Source: Phyllosticta citribraziliensis (taxonomy: Eukaryota). Taken from it: 64,000 nucleotides of DNA. Under the pieces are notes generated by a model. It was not told where the DNA came from. It did not search any database and worked only from the letters and a program-made list of their open reading frames with translations. This document shows positions 1 to 10,096 of the stretch, one piece after another (within the stretch, counting starts at the first letter, position 1; every line of letters begins with the position of its first letter). The stretch covers positions 496,001-560,000 of the forward strand of contig NW_027117340.1 in the NCBI RefSeq assembly GCF_038025025.1. The letters run 5' to 3'. Made by a program: the position numbers and the translations under genes.

Positions 1-201
1 TCGCGCGGACTGGGCGATGGCGTCCGCGGCTACGGCAACAACATCAAGGACGCCACCCACGCATCAGGCCGCAGGGCCCCGACTGCCACCAACCCGCTGG
101 GTCTTGCTGGCGGCTCTACCCAGTCTGCCGCCGCCCTCAAGAATGTTACCAAGAGACTCCCCGGCACCAAGGGCAGCGCGAGCAACCCTCTTGGCTTGTA
201 G
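1..201 (+). CDS. 3' end of a small Gly/Ala-rich hypothetical protein (partial, runs off window start)
   Basis: Frame 1 is open from base 1 (SRGLGDGVRGYGNNIKDATHASG...TNPLGL...SNPLGL*) with C/G-ending codon bias. It ends at TAG 199-201, followed by two more in-frame TAGs. Confidence 0.6.
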   Translation, partial: SRGLGDGVRGYGNNIKDATHASGRRAPTATNPLGLAGGSTQSAAALKNVTKRLPGTKGSASNPLGL

Positions 202-649
202 TAGTAGTTACGAAAGCGGAAAAACACGCCACCATCATCACGGCATACCTACCATACCCTACCTACATCATGTAGCTACGACCAACGCACAATCTTTACG
301 ACCTGCATGACGACTCGCACACATTTCATCCAAAGTTCCCACGAGAGCGAAGATGAGGGGTTTTATCTTTCGAAATTCAATTCAGAACTATCAGCACAAC
401 CGTCTTCATGCCACCATGGGTATTCAGCCGCTGAATCAGAATCTCCATCTTTGCACAGCGCCCATGTCCTTTTGCCTCTCGAAAGTGATCTCAAACGCCT
501 TTCATGCCGTGTCCAAATCTTCCCTGAAAGACCGCCGCGACTTTTTCCAATATCCAGGCCCAAAACTCCACGCTGAAAGCACATTTTCCGAAAATCAATC
601 CAGACCATTCGCCGAAAGTCCAGACCCGCACTGCGCGCCTGACCGCACA

Positions 650-2730
650 TCATCCACTCATCTCTGTGGCTGTGCCCTCCTCGAAATCCTCGCCGTCCGA
701 TTCTTCGCCCGGCGCCTCCGTGTCGCTGTCGTCCTCGACTTCTGGCTCCAGCCCCGGGATGCTCTTCCACTCGTTGTAATCACCCTCCATCCACCTCTTG
801 CTCCTGGGCAGGTCGTACGGGTCGAACGGAAAGTACCCGTCCAACTGCAGCGAGTCGTCCCCAAGCTTCGCCGAAAGCGCCGTCTCTCTTTCTTGAAGAC
901 CTCCGTAGAGAACCGCCGACGACACTGTCCTGGAGAGGCGCAGCTTCTTGTTCGTCTCAACAAGCGGGAACACGTAGAGGAATTGGAGGTGGTGCGCAAT
1001 ACGAGCGAATTGGCCCACAATCGCCGGCGAGCACACCTTGAGCGGGTTCAGCTTGGAGTAAATGTTGCGCATCAGGTTCTCCTTGATGCCAGGCAGCCAT
1101 GTAAGATCTCTCCCCTCCAACAAAAGCTGGTCGTCGTCCTCAAGATCGTCCGTGTCCCCAATAATCAGCTCCCGCCAGCGGAAGCAGAAGATGTAGATGA
1201 GTGCCTGAGCCATGCCGTAGTAAGTTGCGTAGCGACGGAGGTCCGGCCCTTTGCATTGCGATTCATGGTTGACGCGGAAGTTGTCCAGCTGAGCACCAAG
1301 GACGTAGAAAACATCCCTGACCGTGGCAGTCGGGATGTGCGCTCCTCGGGAAATGAAGCTCGCGAGGTAAGCAGATGCCGTTAGGCGCATGATTTCCGGG
1401 CGTGTCCGGTCAAAGGCCATGGAGGCACAAGCCCCGGTGAATCGATCAATATATTTTGTTGACATCTGTCCATAGTGGAACAGCAAAAACTGCGTGTGCC
1501 TGGAACGATACGTCGGAACAAGGGTGTTGGTGAACTGCGAAATGAGAAGCTCCCATGTGTTGTCGGCATCAACGACGGTGCCCTTGACGAATATCTGATG
1601 ATAGTACTCAAAGAGCATGTCGATCATGGCGTCAATCTTGCCAACAGACTCCCTCACCTTCTTCAGGCGCTTTTCGTCAGTCGGCTCATCCAGACTGGTC
1701 ACCGACTCATCATCGCTATCTTCTTCAGACATATCGTCGTCGTCTTCAACAATCTTGGCCTCCTCATTCTGGTTCATGGCGTCTTCGACGAGCCTCTCTT
1801 CTATGTCGTCATCCAAATCCTCCATGTCGACTTGGATCTGCACATCTATTTTGACAAGTCTTTCAGTGATGAGTGCGAGAATAGCGCCCTTGAGCTCCGG
1901 TGCGTAGCTGGTAATCTCCAAAAGGTTTTGGGTATAAAAGACGTGGACCTTGGTGGAGTCGGCGGCAAAAGGAAACGACGCGGCCAGGATGTTTGAGAGG
2001 ACACCGCTGGCGGAGGGTATAAGCTTGAGGATGCGCTTGAGGGCTTCGTGCACGCGTTCGCGCAGCTGCGGCCTCGTCACAGGGGGATCGACCGAATGAC
2101 GGATGGCAGGCGATGGCACTTGAGAAAGTTAGCGCCTGGCACATTGGTTGTGCGGCACGGTAACTTACGCTCCACGAAGTATTTGACAAGCATCTGCAGG
2201 ACCTGCGAGGTATATCCACCCTGTGCAGAGATCAAGCTCCCCAGGAGCGTGACGTACAACCTCTTGAACGATTCATCCCTTGCAAGCCACTGGCAATCCA
2301 GGACGGCGTGGACAAGCCCGGAGCAGTTTCTGCCAAGCAGATTGACGCTGCCAATGAGCGCAATGACATATTTGTTGAGCAGCTTCGTGGAAGGCGCGTC
2401 GGAAGCGGAGGGTCGCGTTGCGAAGAGAGCTTTGATTTGGTCGTAGTCTGTGCTGTCCCCGGAAATGTGGTTGTCGATGGCGCGACGGACTTCCTCTCTG
2501 ATCAGATCCAGACCCTTCTCGTCGTAATCCTCGAGGACGTGGACTTCAATCGCCGGATCGAACGACACTCTGGCCCTCTTGGGTGCGTGGACGGATAGTT
2601 CGGGCTCTGGTTCGTCGTCTGAGGATTCAATTTGCTTGCGTTTGCGGCTGATGTTGGCGATGATGGCTGGGTTGGCTGAGCTGGCGGGGGGCGACGGCAG
2701 GGCCGCGACGGGTGCAGCGAGCGACACCAT
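650..2730 (-). CDS. RRN3: RNA polymerase I-specific transcription initiation factor Rrn3; 2 exons (2730-2169, 2118-650)
   Basis: ORFs 2077..2730 and 650..2119 are joined by a GTAAGT...GCTAAC...AAG intron (2168-2119). Rrn3-typical segments: LVKIDVQIQ plus acidic loop, PTYRSRHTQFLLF, YLASFISR, ALIYIFCFRW, LNPLKVCSP, YFPFDPYDLPRS. Confidence 0.93.
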
Positions 2731-2883
2731 GGCTCAAAGGCGCATGCCGCGATGTGGAGAGGATAAGAAAAGAGAGGGTCGCGGCGGAGGAGAGGTATGC
2801 AAAGTGGGCTTAAGCGAGGCTAACACAGGCGTGAAGGAAGTGCAGGTGTCGCGTGTGGAGTTTCGGGGCGGGCGTGGAGTGCC

Positions 2884-2890
2884 CGATGAG
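2884..2890. promoter_or_regulatory. PAC-like element (CGATGAG) upstream of RRN3
   Basis: Matches the PAC core GATGAG about 155 nt upstream of the ATG of a ribosome-biogenesis gene. Short motif, so it could be chance. Confidence 0.35.
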
Positions 2891-3335
2891 AATTCTGGCT
2901 GCCACAGCAGTCCGTGCGTTGGCGCCAAGCACCAAAATGGATGATCCCGCGTCTCCCTCTCCCTCTGTTGCGTCATGAAGTCTGCTTCAGTTATATCTCC
3001 AAGGCTGTCATGCTGAGCCATACTGACTCACTGGCACAGCTGTCATCACTCTTCTCCAGTGGGTGCAGACCAATGAGGGATTCCGTTAAATCTATCTGAC
3101 AGATGAAGCTGCACCAAAGACTCATCGCCCTTAGCAACGCTGCTTTCCTAAGCCAAAAATATTTCGGATTGCTCTGATTGGAGACTTAATTGCCACAAAG
3201 GCTGTTTAGGCGCGCTCTTGTCGCGTATGCAAACCTCTCACGCGTCCGAGTCCGACCGACAAATTTTCTCCGCCCCACCGTGCGCGACCTTCAACATCAG
3301 CAAAAAGTTCTCCTCAAGGACAAAAGAACGATTTA

Positions 3336-3419
3336 AGGTCCTACCCGGGATCGAACCGGGGTTATGAGAATTCTCTGACGTCTCAGAATCTCATGTGCTA
3401 GCCACTACACTATAGAACC
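3336..3419 (-). tRNA. tRNA-Gln(CTG) with a 12-nt intron
   Basis: Minus strand reads GGTTCTATAGTGTAGTGGCTAGCACATGAGA-TTCTGA-[GACGTCAGAGAA]-T-TCTCA-TAACCCCGGTTCGATCCCGGGTAGGACC-T. Acceptor stem, D-arm, TGAGA/TCTCA anticodon stem and GGTTCGATCC T-loop are all present; 72 nt after removing the intron at the canonical 37/38 site. Confidence 0.95.
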
Positions 3420-4749
3420 TCGAATTGCGAGTTGTGTTAATCTAATCTGCTTGAAACATTTATAAATGCAACAACAAAAACCAACAGCAGCGGATCTAAG
3501 CTATCATCAGCGATTGGTGTACACAAGATTGACAGTTGGCACTGTTCCCAGCGCAGCTAGCGTGGGTCAAGTGTGCAGTTGGACGTAGCAGGGTTTCGCG
3601 TCCCGACGTCCGGGCATGTCCTAGCGCGACTGGGGTTGACTGTTTGTACCACTGAGCAGTCATTCATCGATGATATCTAGCTGGGTAGAGGTGCAAGATC
3701 AATCAGAGAGGAACATCTGAGCGCTGGAATAGGGACAGCGGAGACATGAGAGACCAGGGCGCAGGATGGCATAAAAGAAACCTGGGTAGTGATGCCCTTT
3801 TCCCAGAGTCTCGTGGAACTCGGGCCAGCCGGCATTTCTTTGCTGCCATGCATGCACAAGTTGTTCATGCCTCAACGTACAATCGACACAGTTGTTGTGG
3901 CAGTCAACCCCTGAGTCAAGAAGCAAGACAACGAAAGCAAAGAACCGCGGATGACGTACACATCCTTGGACACCGTGGGATATCCTCGGGCAATTCAAAG
4001 GTTAAACGCAGGTCGGTGGACAGATACTGCCCCAAGCTCATGTCGAGACAGCGTGCATGGCGGCGGCATGCCGAGTTGAAAAGGCAGAATAAGTCTCGAC
4101 ACGACCTCAAGATCGTATTGGCCCACGTCAACAGCCACTTGAAGCAAATGCAACATTCATACCAAATGCAGCAACCTCTGAATCGCAGGAGGCTCCACTG
4201 ATGACGGTCAGATGTGCGGACGGACGTCGTCGAAGGCGATGGAAGGAAGGGTGGTCGATGAGTCGGGCGCAGACAAGGAGAAGACAAGCAGAGACGATGA
4301 GAGACGGCAGCGGAAACGGGGCATCTGCCAGCAAGACAACAAGCGACTTATTAAGACGGCGGTTCGCGAGAGTAAGCACCCGGCAGCGGGCCGGAAGAGA
4401 GGCATCCAGGTAGTCAGCATTCCAGTGACGTCGTCAACGAGCGAGACAGCGGTAAACAAGGGCGGAAATGACCCCGCGCGCTCGTCAGCGTAAAGGCAAT
4501 CTTCAGCCGTGGCAGTGTGAATGCTTGGCCCCCCCGCAAAGGGCGGATGACGAACAATGGAAAATCGACGTGCTGATGAAGATGGACTAATGATTTGGCA
4601 GCGCGAGAGAGAGGGCGCAAGGAGCATGGCTCTTTGGGATTGGTAAGGCTTTGCTAATCAGTCAGCGCGCGCGCATCGCCCAGCGACGATACCTACCACT
4701 CGAAGCGCACGGATCATGCCGCACGCGAACGTCCAGATTCCAAGGCGAG

Positions 4750-4757
4750 TATATAAA
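4750..4757 (+). promoter_or_regulatory. TATA box of the quinone reductase gene
   Basis: TATATAAA about 110 nt upstream of ATG 4860, followed by a pyrimidine-rich tract. Confidence 0.55.
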
Positions 4758-4859
4758 GACATGGCGGGCTGGAATTGATGCGGCTATTTACAAGCACACA
4801 GCCTTTCCTCGTCTTTGTTTTTTTGATACCCCCCAGTTGCCAATACCACAGCTACCACC

Positions 4860-5664
4860 ATGGCTCCCAAGATCGCCATCATCTACGTGAGCTCCCCCTA
4901 GTTACCCCGCTCAAGCTATACGAGCTCCAATTGAGCTGCCAAATACTGATTCTTGTGTCTCTGGCCAGTACTCCATGTACGGCCATGTGAAGCAACTCGC
5001 ATTGGCTGAGAAGGAGGGCATTGAGGCCGCTGGTGGCTCTGCAACCCTTTTCCAGTACGCAACCCGTCAACACTGAATACAAGGCCTGTGTCTAACGATT
5101 TGACAGGGTTGCCGAGACCCTCCCCCAGGAGGTCCTGACCAAGATGCACGCTCCCCCCAAGGATGAGAGCATCCCGGTCCTTGAAGACCCTGCCGTCCTC
5201 GAGCAGTTTGACGGCTTCCTGTTCGGCATTCCCACTCGCTACGGAAACTTCCCCGCGCAGTGGAAGACTTTCTGGTACGTCTGGCACGAGCAACGCCACT
5301 AGCTAAACATTTCGATGCTCATTCTATCTCCAGGGACAAAACTGGCGGCCAATGGCAAACTGGCGCCTTCTGGGGCAAGTACGCCGGTCTCTTCATCTCG
5401 ACGGGCACGCTCGGCGGCGGCCAGGAGACGACGGCCATCTCGGCCATGTCGACCCTTGTGCACCACGGCATGATCTACGTCCCGCTGGGCTACAAGACCG
5501 TGTTCCCCTACATGGCCAACGTCGAAGAGGTTCGCGGTGGTTCGCCCTGGGGAGCTGGCACCTTTTCCGCCGCCGACGGCTCGCGCCAGCCTTCCAAGAA
5601 CGAGCTCGAGGTGGCCAAGGCTCAGGGCACCGCCTTTTACCAGACCCTCGCCAAAGTGGCGTGA
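4860..5664 (+). CDS. Flavodoxin-like NAD(P)H:quinone oxidoreductase (WrbA/Pst2/Ycp4, Alt a 7-like), 203 aa; exons 4860-4886, 4969-5054, 5107-5274, 5334-5664; probable readthrough extension to 5847
   Basis: The spliced product is [16 protein letters not shown]...[30 protein letters not shown]...[12 protein letters not shown]...[10 protein letters not shown]...GSRQPS, which carries the family signatures. Three GT-AG introns restore the frame. Confidence 0.95.
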
Positions 5665-6500
5665 CTAGATGGCAGCGCGGCGGGCGCCATTGAGAATGGC
5701 GCGGGCAAGAAGGAGGACAAGCCCATTGGTGCTGTTGCCTCCCCTGAGACGCAAAAGAACACTCCTGCAGGTGGTGAGCCAAAGGGCAAAGCCAAGTCTG
5801 AGAAGAGCGGTCCTTGCGGTCTTCCTACTAAATGCGAAGTAATGTAATTGGAAAAATCAAACAAATATTCCTGGAGAAACTCTGCCAGTTTTGGTGAAAG
5901 ATCTACATGCAATCGTGCTGGCTCCATGAGGACTGAAAGACTATCAAATCCCGTGAGGGGCGGGCTAAGCCGAAAGGAAATACTACCTCAACAACCTCCT
6001 CGATACGACCAAGGAACGCAAGTAGGTGCCACGCCCATCGAAACGTGCACGATGATGGTTTAGACAGAGATTCATAACCGAAACTTCCCGTGGCTCTTTC
6101 CATGCTGCCAGCGCCCGCATGACATCTCGAACAAACCCTTGGCGCATGTCCGGATATTCCAAGACAGAGTCTATTCGATTACCGCGGAGAGAAGGCTGCA
6201 GGATTGGAGATCTACCGGCTTGTCGTACAGCGGCAAAATTTTGACTGAAAATAGTTAGGATTTCGGGGCGGAGAGGGAGCAAGGAGTCGAGTTGCCTAGG
6301 CAAAGGCTCTTGTAGCCACCAAACTTGGCTGCTGCAGTCGTCATTCAGACGTGTCGGAAAACGACCAGCACGCACGCTGACGCTGGATGCACAGAAAGAC
6401 CGCAGGGAATAATATTCGCCACGTTGAATTGGATAGACTTTCGCAGGGCACCACTTTCTACGCCCTCCGTGCCGTCGACCAGATTTTGCGGGCAATTCTC

Positions 6501-7475
6501 CTAATTATGAGACGACGAATTGGTCTGTTGGCCCACCATCTCCTTGATGGTCTGCTCCAGGGGCTTCGGGATCCTCCCGTGCTTCTCAAGCAATTTCTCC
6601 AATATGGGATCCTTGTTTTCGGCCTCGCCGTCGACGATGGCGTCGTACGTCTTGGCCCACCAACGAATGTAGCTCGGCTCCAGGTCTCTTTCGATGTAAT
6701 GGCGTTCGTGCTCCTGGCGGCCAACCGTCTTGACTGCCAAGCGAGGGCCGTCGCCGTCGCCCCTGGCGTTGGACACGATTGCGGCGATTTCGTTCAGACC
6801 GTGTGCATTGTTGGTCGTGGAGAGGGACACAGTAATTCCAGAATAGCGGGAGGGCTCGTCTGTCAGAATCATCGCCGTGCCGAGGCCCAGGTCGTCAATG
6901 GCAGCCCAGCTGATGATGCCGTCGCCAGCCAGGACGATTTCAGATCTTTTCTCCGTCGGCAGCTCATAGTAGTGGCCTAGATACAGCGGCCACGACTCGT
7001 TGTACAGCCCCTCGCGGATAATGGTGAAGCCCGTGTCGGTGAGCATTTGCAGGAACTCTTCGGTGCGGTTGTGGGCCTTCATGACGCCGCTCTTGCTATT
7101 GCTCTTGAAGCCCAGGGAAGTGTAGTAGATGTGCTTGATTCCCGCGGAGCGCGCAGCCTGCACTGCGGCAAAGTGGTGAGCCTCTCGCCCTTGTCCATAC
7201 GGCGCGTCGTCGAAATCCATGCTGATCCGCGGCGTCGATACTAGCAGCAGCCGCTCGCCGCCCGCAAACGCCGCTCGCATCGAGTCCGGGTCATCGTAGG
7301 AGGCCTGTCTGACTTGGACGCCGCGCGCTTTGAAAGAATCCCAGTGCTGCGATGAGGGGCTCGAGGATGTCGAGACCACAATCTCGTGAGGCGGGACCAG
7401 GTTGTATTTGAGGAGGTTGTGCAAAACGGCGCCACCCAGCTTGCCCGAGGCGCTGGTGATGACCAACTTTGGCAT
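6501..7475 (-). CDS. NmrA-like / atypical SDR NAD(P)-binding protein (QOR2/YtfG-like), intronless
   Basis: N-terminal Rossmann motif LVITSASGKLGG, plus GERLLLVS, AGIKHIYYTS, HNRTE, FTIIREGLY and GDGIISWAAIDDLG. Confidence 0.85.
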   Translation of the reverse strand: MPKLVITSASGKLGGAVLHNLLKYNLVPPHEIVVSTSSSPSSQHWDSFKARGVQVRQASYDDPDSMRAAFAGGERLLLVSTPRISMDFDDAPYGQGREAHHFAAVQAARSAGIKHIYYTSLGFKSNSKSGVMKAHNRTEEFLQMLTDTGFTIIREGLYNESWPLYLGHYYELPTEKRSEIVLAGDGIISWAAIDDLGLGTAMILTDEPSRYSGITVSLSTTNNAHGLNEIAAIVSNARGDGDGPRLAVKTVGRQEHERHYIERDLEPSYIRWWAKTYDAIVDGEAENKDPILEKLLEKHGRIPKPLEQTIKEMVGQQTNSSSHN

Positions 7476-8444
7476 GGTTTGTACTGGAAGGTGGAAAAGT
7501 GTTGGCACGAGAAAGGGGATGTCTGTCTTTTCCTGATTTCAAGATGATCGGTTGCACCGATGGCATTACAAATCAGAGTGGATCAAGCCCACCAAGACTT
7601 GGGTTACATGGAGGAAGGGCTCCTTCTCCATACGCTCGGAGAAACCAAGTCCGTCTCCCGTCTCCCGTCTCCCGCTCCCGTCTCCCCGGAATCAGTTGAC
7701 ATGCGTGTCCAGAACGGCGAGATTCCTTCTAGGTTTGTGGAGAAGGAAAGCTTCACAAAAGCCCACAGATAGGCCAGAGCGTCCAGGATGCTGAGTCCAT
7801 TGTGCGGAAGACGTGAAGCAAGAAGGGAATCCGCCGTGAAACCTACCTAGCTGTCCCGGTCAAGAAACTGGCCACTTTGACGTGCCTTTGCCGTCCCGTA
7901 AACCCTGGGATCAAGAGATATTGGTGTGCTCGCTCGGAATCTTCGAAGCCGATCTTACTTAAGAATACTCTTTCGACGGGCTGGGCTCTTTCGATTGTAG
8001 AATCCGTAATCGTCTCGAGGTGCAAGACAATGCATGGTAGCAGATAGTCGTATGATCTGCCGTATGTTGTTCGAATAAGGTTCAGAATCCAACTATCTGT
8101 ATTTGTCGGCGTTCTAGAACCGAGTGAGACGCTTCGGCGCCGTGCAGCGGCCGTCCGGAACGCGCGCGGCGGACAAAGTTGGCAAACGATCGAGAATGCC
8201 CGCGATAGGCCGACATGGCCGTCGGAGGAGATGGGAAATGGGGGAGCTTCGAGAGCGCCGGGAGCTGTCAGGCAGAGCCGTCCGGGTGCAGACGGCCTGG
8301 TGACGCCATACTGAGGGCAACTTTGCCGTTATCGATACGACGCGAGCTTTGGCACGGCCTCTGTTTTTGCGGGCAGGGTCCAGCATCCCGCATCCATCGT
8401 CACGTCGCACAGCATCACCACTTCCAGACAATCGACCCTCCGCC

Positions 8445-9383
8445 ATGGCCGACGCGAACAATGAGCACCTCGTCCGCTCCGACGATCCGCAGCATCCGGC
8501 CAACCTCATCTGCGAATTATGCCGCAAGTTCTACACCTTGGGATGGGTACGTCGATCTCTCCAGCTTCGCGACATCGCGCCGTCGTCTTCTTCTCCACCA
8601 CCACTCAATCCGGGACAATTCGACAGACAGACCATGGCTAATGTTGCTCTCCGCGCCACAGGTGACCGGCACCGGTGGCGGCACGTCAATCCGCCATCAC
8701 GACCACATCTACATCGCGCCATCGGGAGTGCAGAAAGAGCTGATGGCGCCGTCCGACATGTTCGTCATGGACTTCAACTCGCGCGACTACCTGCGCAGGC
8801 CGACGTCGCTCAAGCCGTCGGCCTGCACGCCGCTCTTCCTGGCCGCCTTCACCAAGCGCGGCGCCGGCTGCTGCATCCACACGCACTCGCAGTGGGCCGT
8901 GCTCGTCACGCTGCTCGTCGAGCGCGACTTCGGCGCCGACGCCTGCTTCGAGATCGAGATGATTGAGCAGATCAAGGGCATCCCCAAGGGCTACGGCAAG
9001 CAGGGCTACCTCGGTTACTTTGACAAGCTACGCATCCCGATCATTGAGAACACGGCGCATGAGGAAGATTTGGCCGAGACGCTGGAACAGGCCATGGAGA
9101 ACTATCCCGATACGTATGCTGTGCTTGTTCGGAGACATGGCATGTGAGTGCCTATCTTTCTTTTCCCCCTTTAAATTCCCGGGTCCAAGAAATGGGATTG
9201 ACGCCAGCGTGCAGTTACGTCTGGGGAGACAACGTTCAAAAGGCAAAGACGCAGTGCGAGAGGTAAGCTACTCCGCGTATACAGCCAGACAGCCCAGGTG
9301 CTGACAGCTCCATGCACAGTTTGGACTACATCTTCCAGCTTGCGGTAGAGATGAAGAAATTGGGACTTCCGTGGACAAAATGA
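8445..9383 (+). CDS. MDE1: Methylthioribulose-1-phosphate dehydratase (methionine salvage, class II aldolase fold); 4 exons
   Basis: [69 protein letters not shown]...[26 protein letters not shown]. Introns begin at about 8547, 9144 and 9262. Confidence 0.95.
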
Positions 9384-10096
9384 AAGCGTCGGTGGTCAAC
9401 TGCGATTATACCCGACCCTGTGATAGAGCAAGACGCAATAAATACGCTATGTTGTAGACTTTATTTGGTGCCTTGTGCTTCGTGCAGCTCCACCGTCCCT
9501 TTACTCGTCGTTTTGCGAGCAGGCGAGAGCGACTTCAAGTCCCATGGAAAGCGTTTGTTTACTCAATCAGTACCAGTGGCTTGATATTAGGACTTGTCGA
9601 ACCGGGGGCATAACGTTTGGACAAGTACAGACGTAGAACTGGGTTGAACCTTGCAAGTCTCGATTGATTTTCAAAGTCCTCAATTGATATTCGTCCCGGT
9701 GTTCAAGTTGTTGACTGCCATTTGGTAGCCCTGCCTCATCCATTCGAGGTGTTCCTATTTACAGTAACCCCCCACGAGTCCGTCCAGCCTAGGATAGTGA
9801 GATGACGACATCAGTCTCTTGCGCCCTGCGTTCGCTCGCAAGCAATGTCGCAGGCAGAGGGCTGACTGAAAGCGAGGGAGTGGCTCCAAGAAAGTCAGGA
9901 AAGAAAGGAAAGAAAAGAAGGAGGAACCACAAAACTATTTATCCGCCGTGGTATTGCTTTTCATCGAAGCTTCGAGGGGAGCAGACCTGGAACAACAGGC
10001 TAGCAATGCCAGAAGACCTCGACCGCGACCTCATCATCGTGACTTTCGTCTGCCCGCTAGCATCCGCTCATCGTTAAAACCAATTTGCCGTCAAAT

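Noticed and set aside
353..1996. Long + strand ORFs (353..1384, 1475..1996)
   Set aside because: Antisense shadows of RRN3 caused by codon bias; no independent motifs.
3677..4627. Several 60-150 aa ORFs between the tRNA and the quinone reductase
   Set aside because: No recognisable motifs, codon bias or splice structure; treated as promoter/intergenic.
5656..5668. GTGGCGTGACTAG as a micro-intron that removes the stop codon
   Set aside because: Only 13 nt, a non-consensus donor, and it would shift the frame away from the CaaX tail. Readthrough explains the pattern better.
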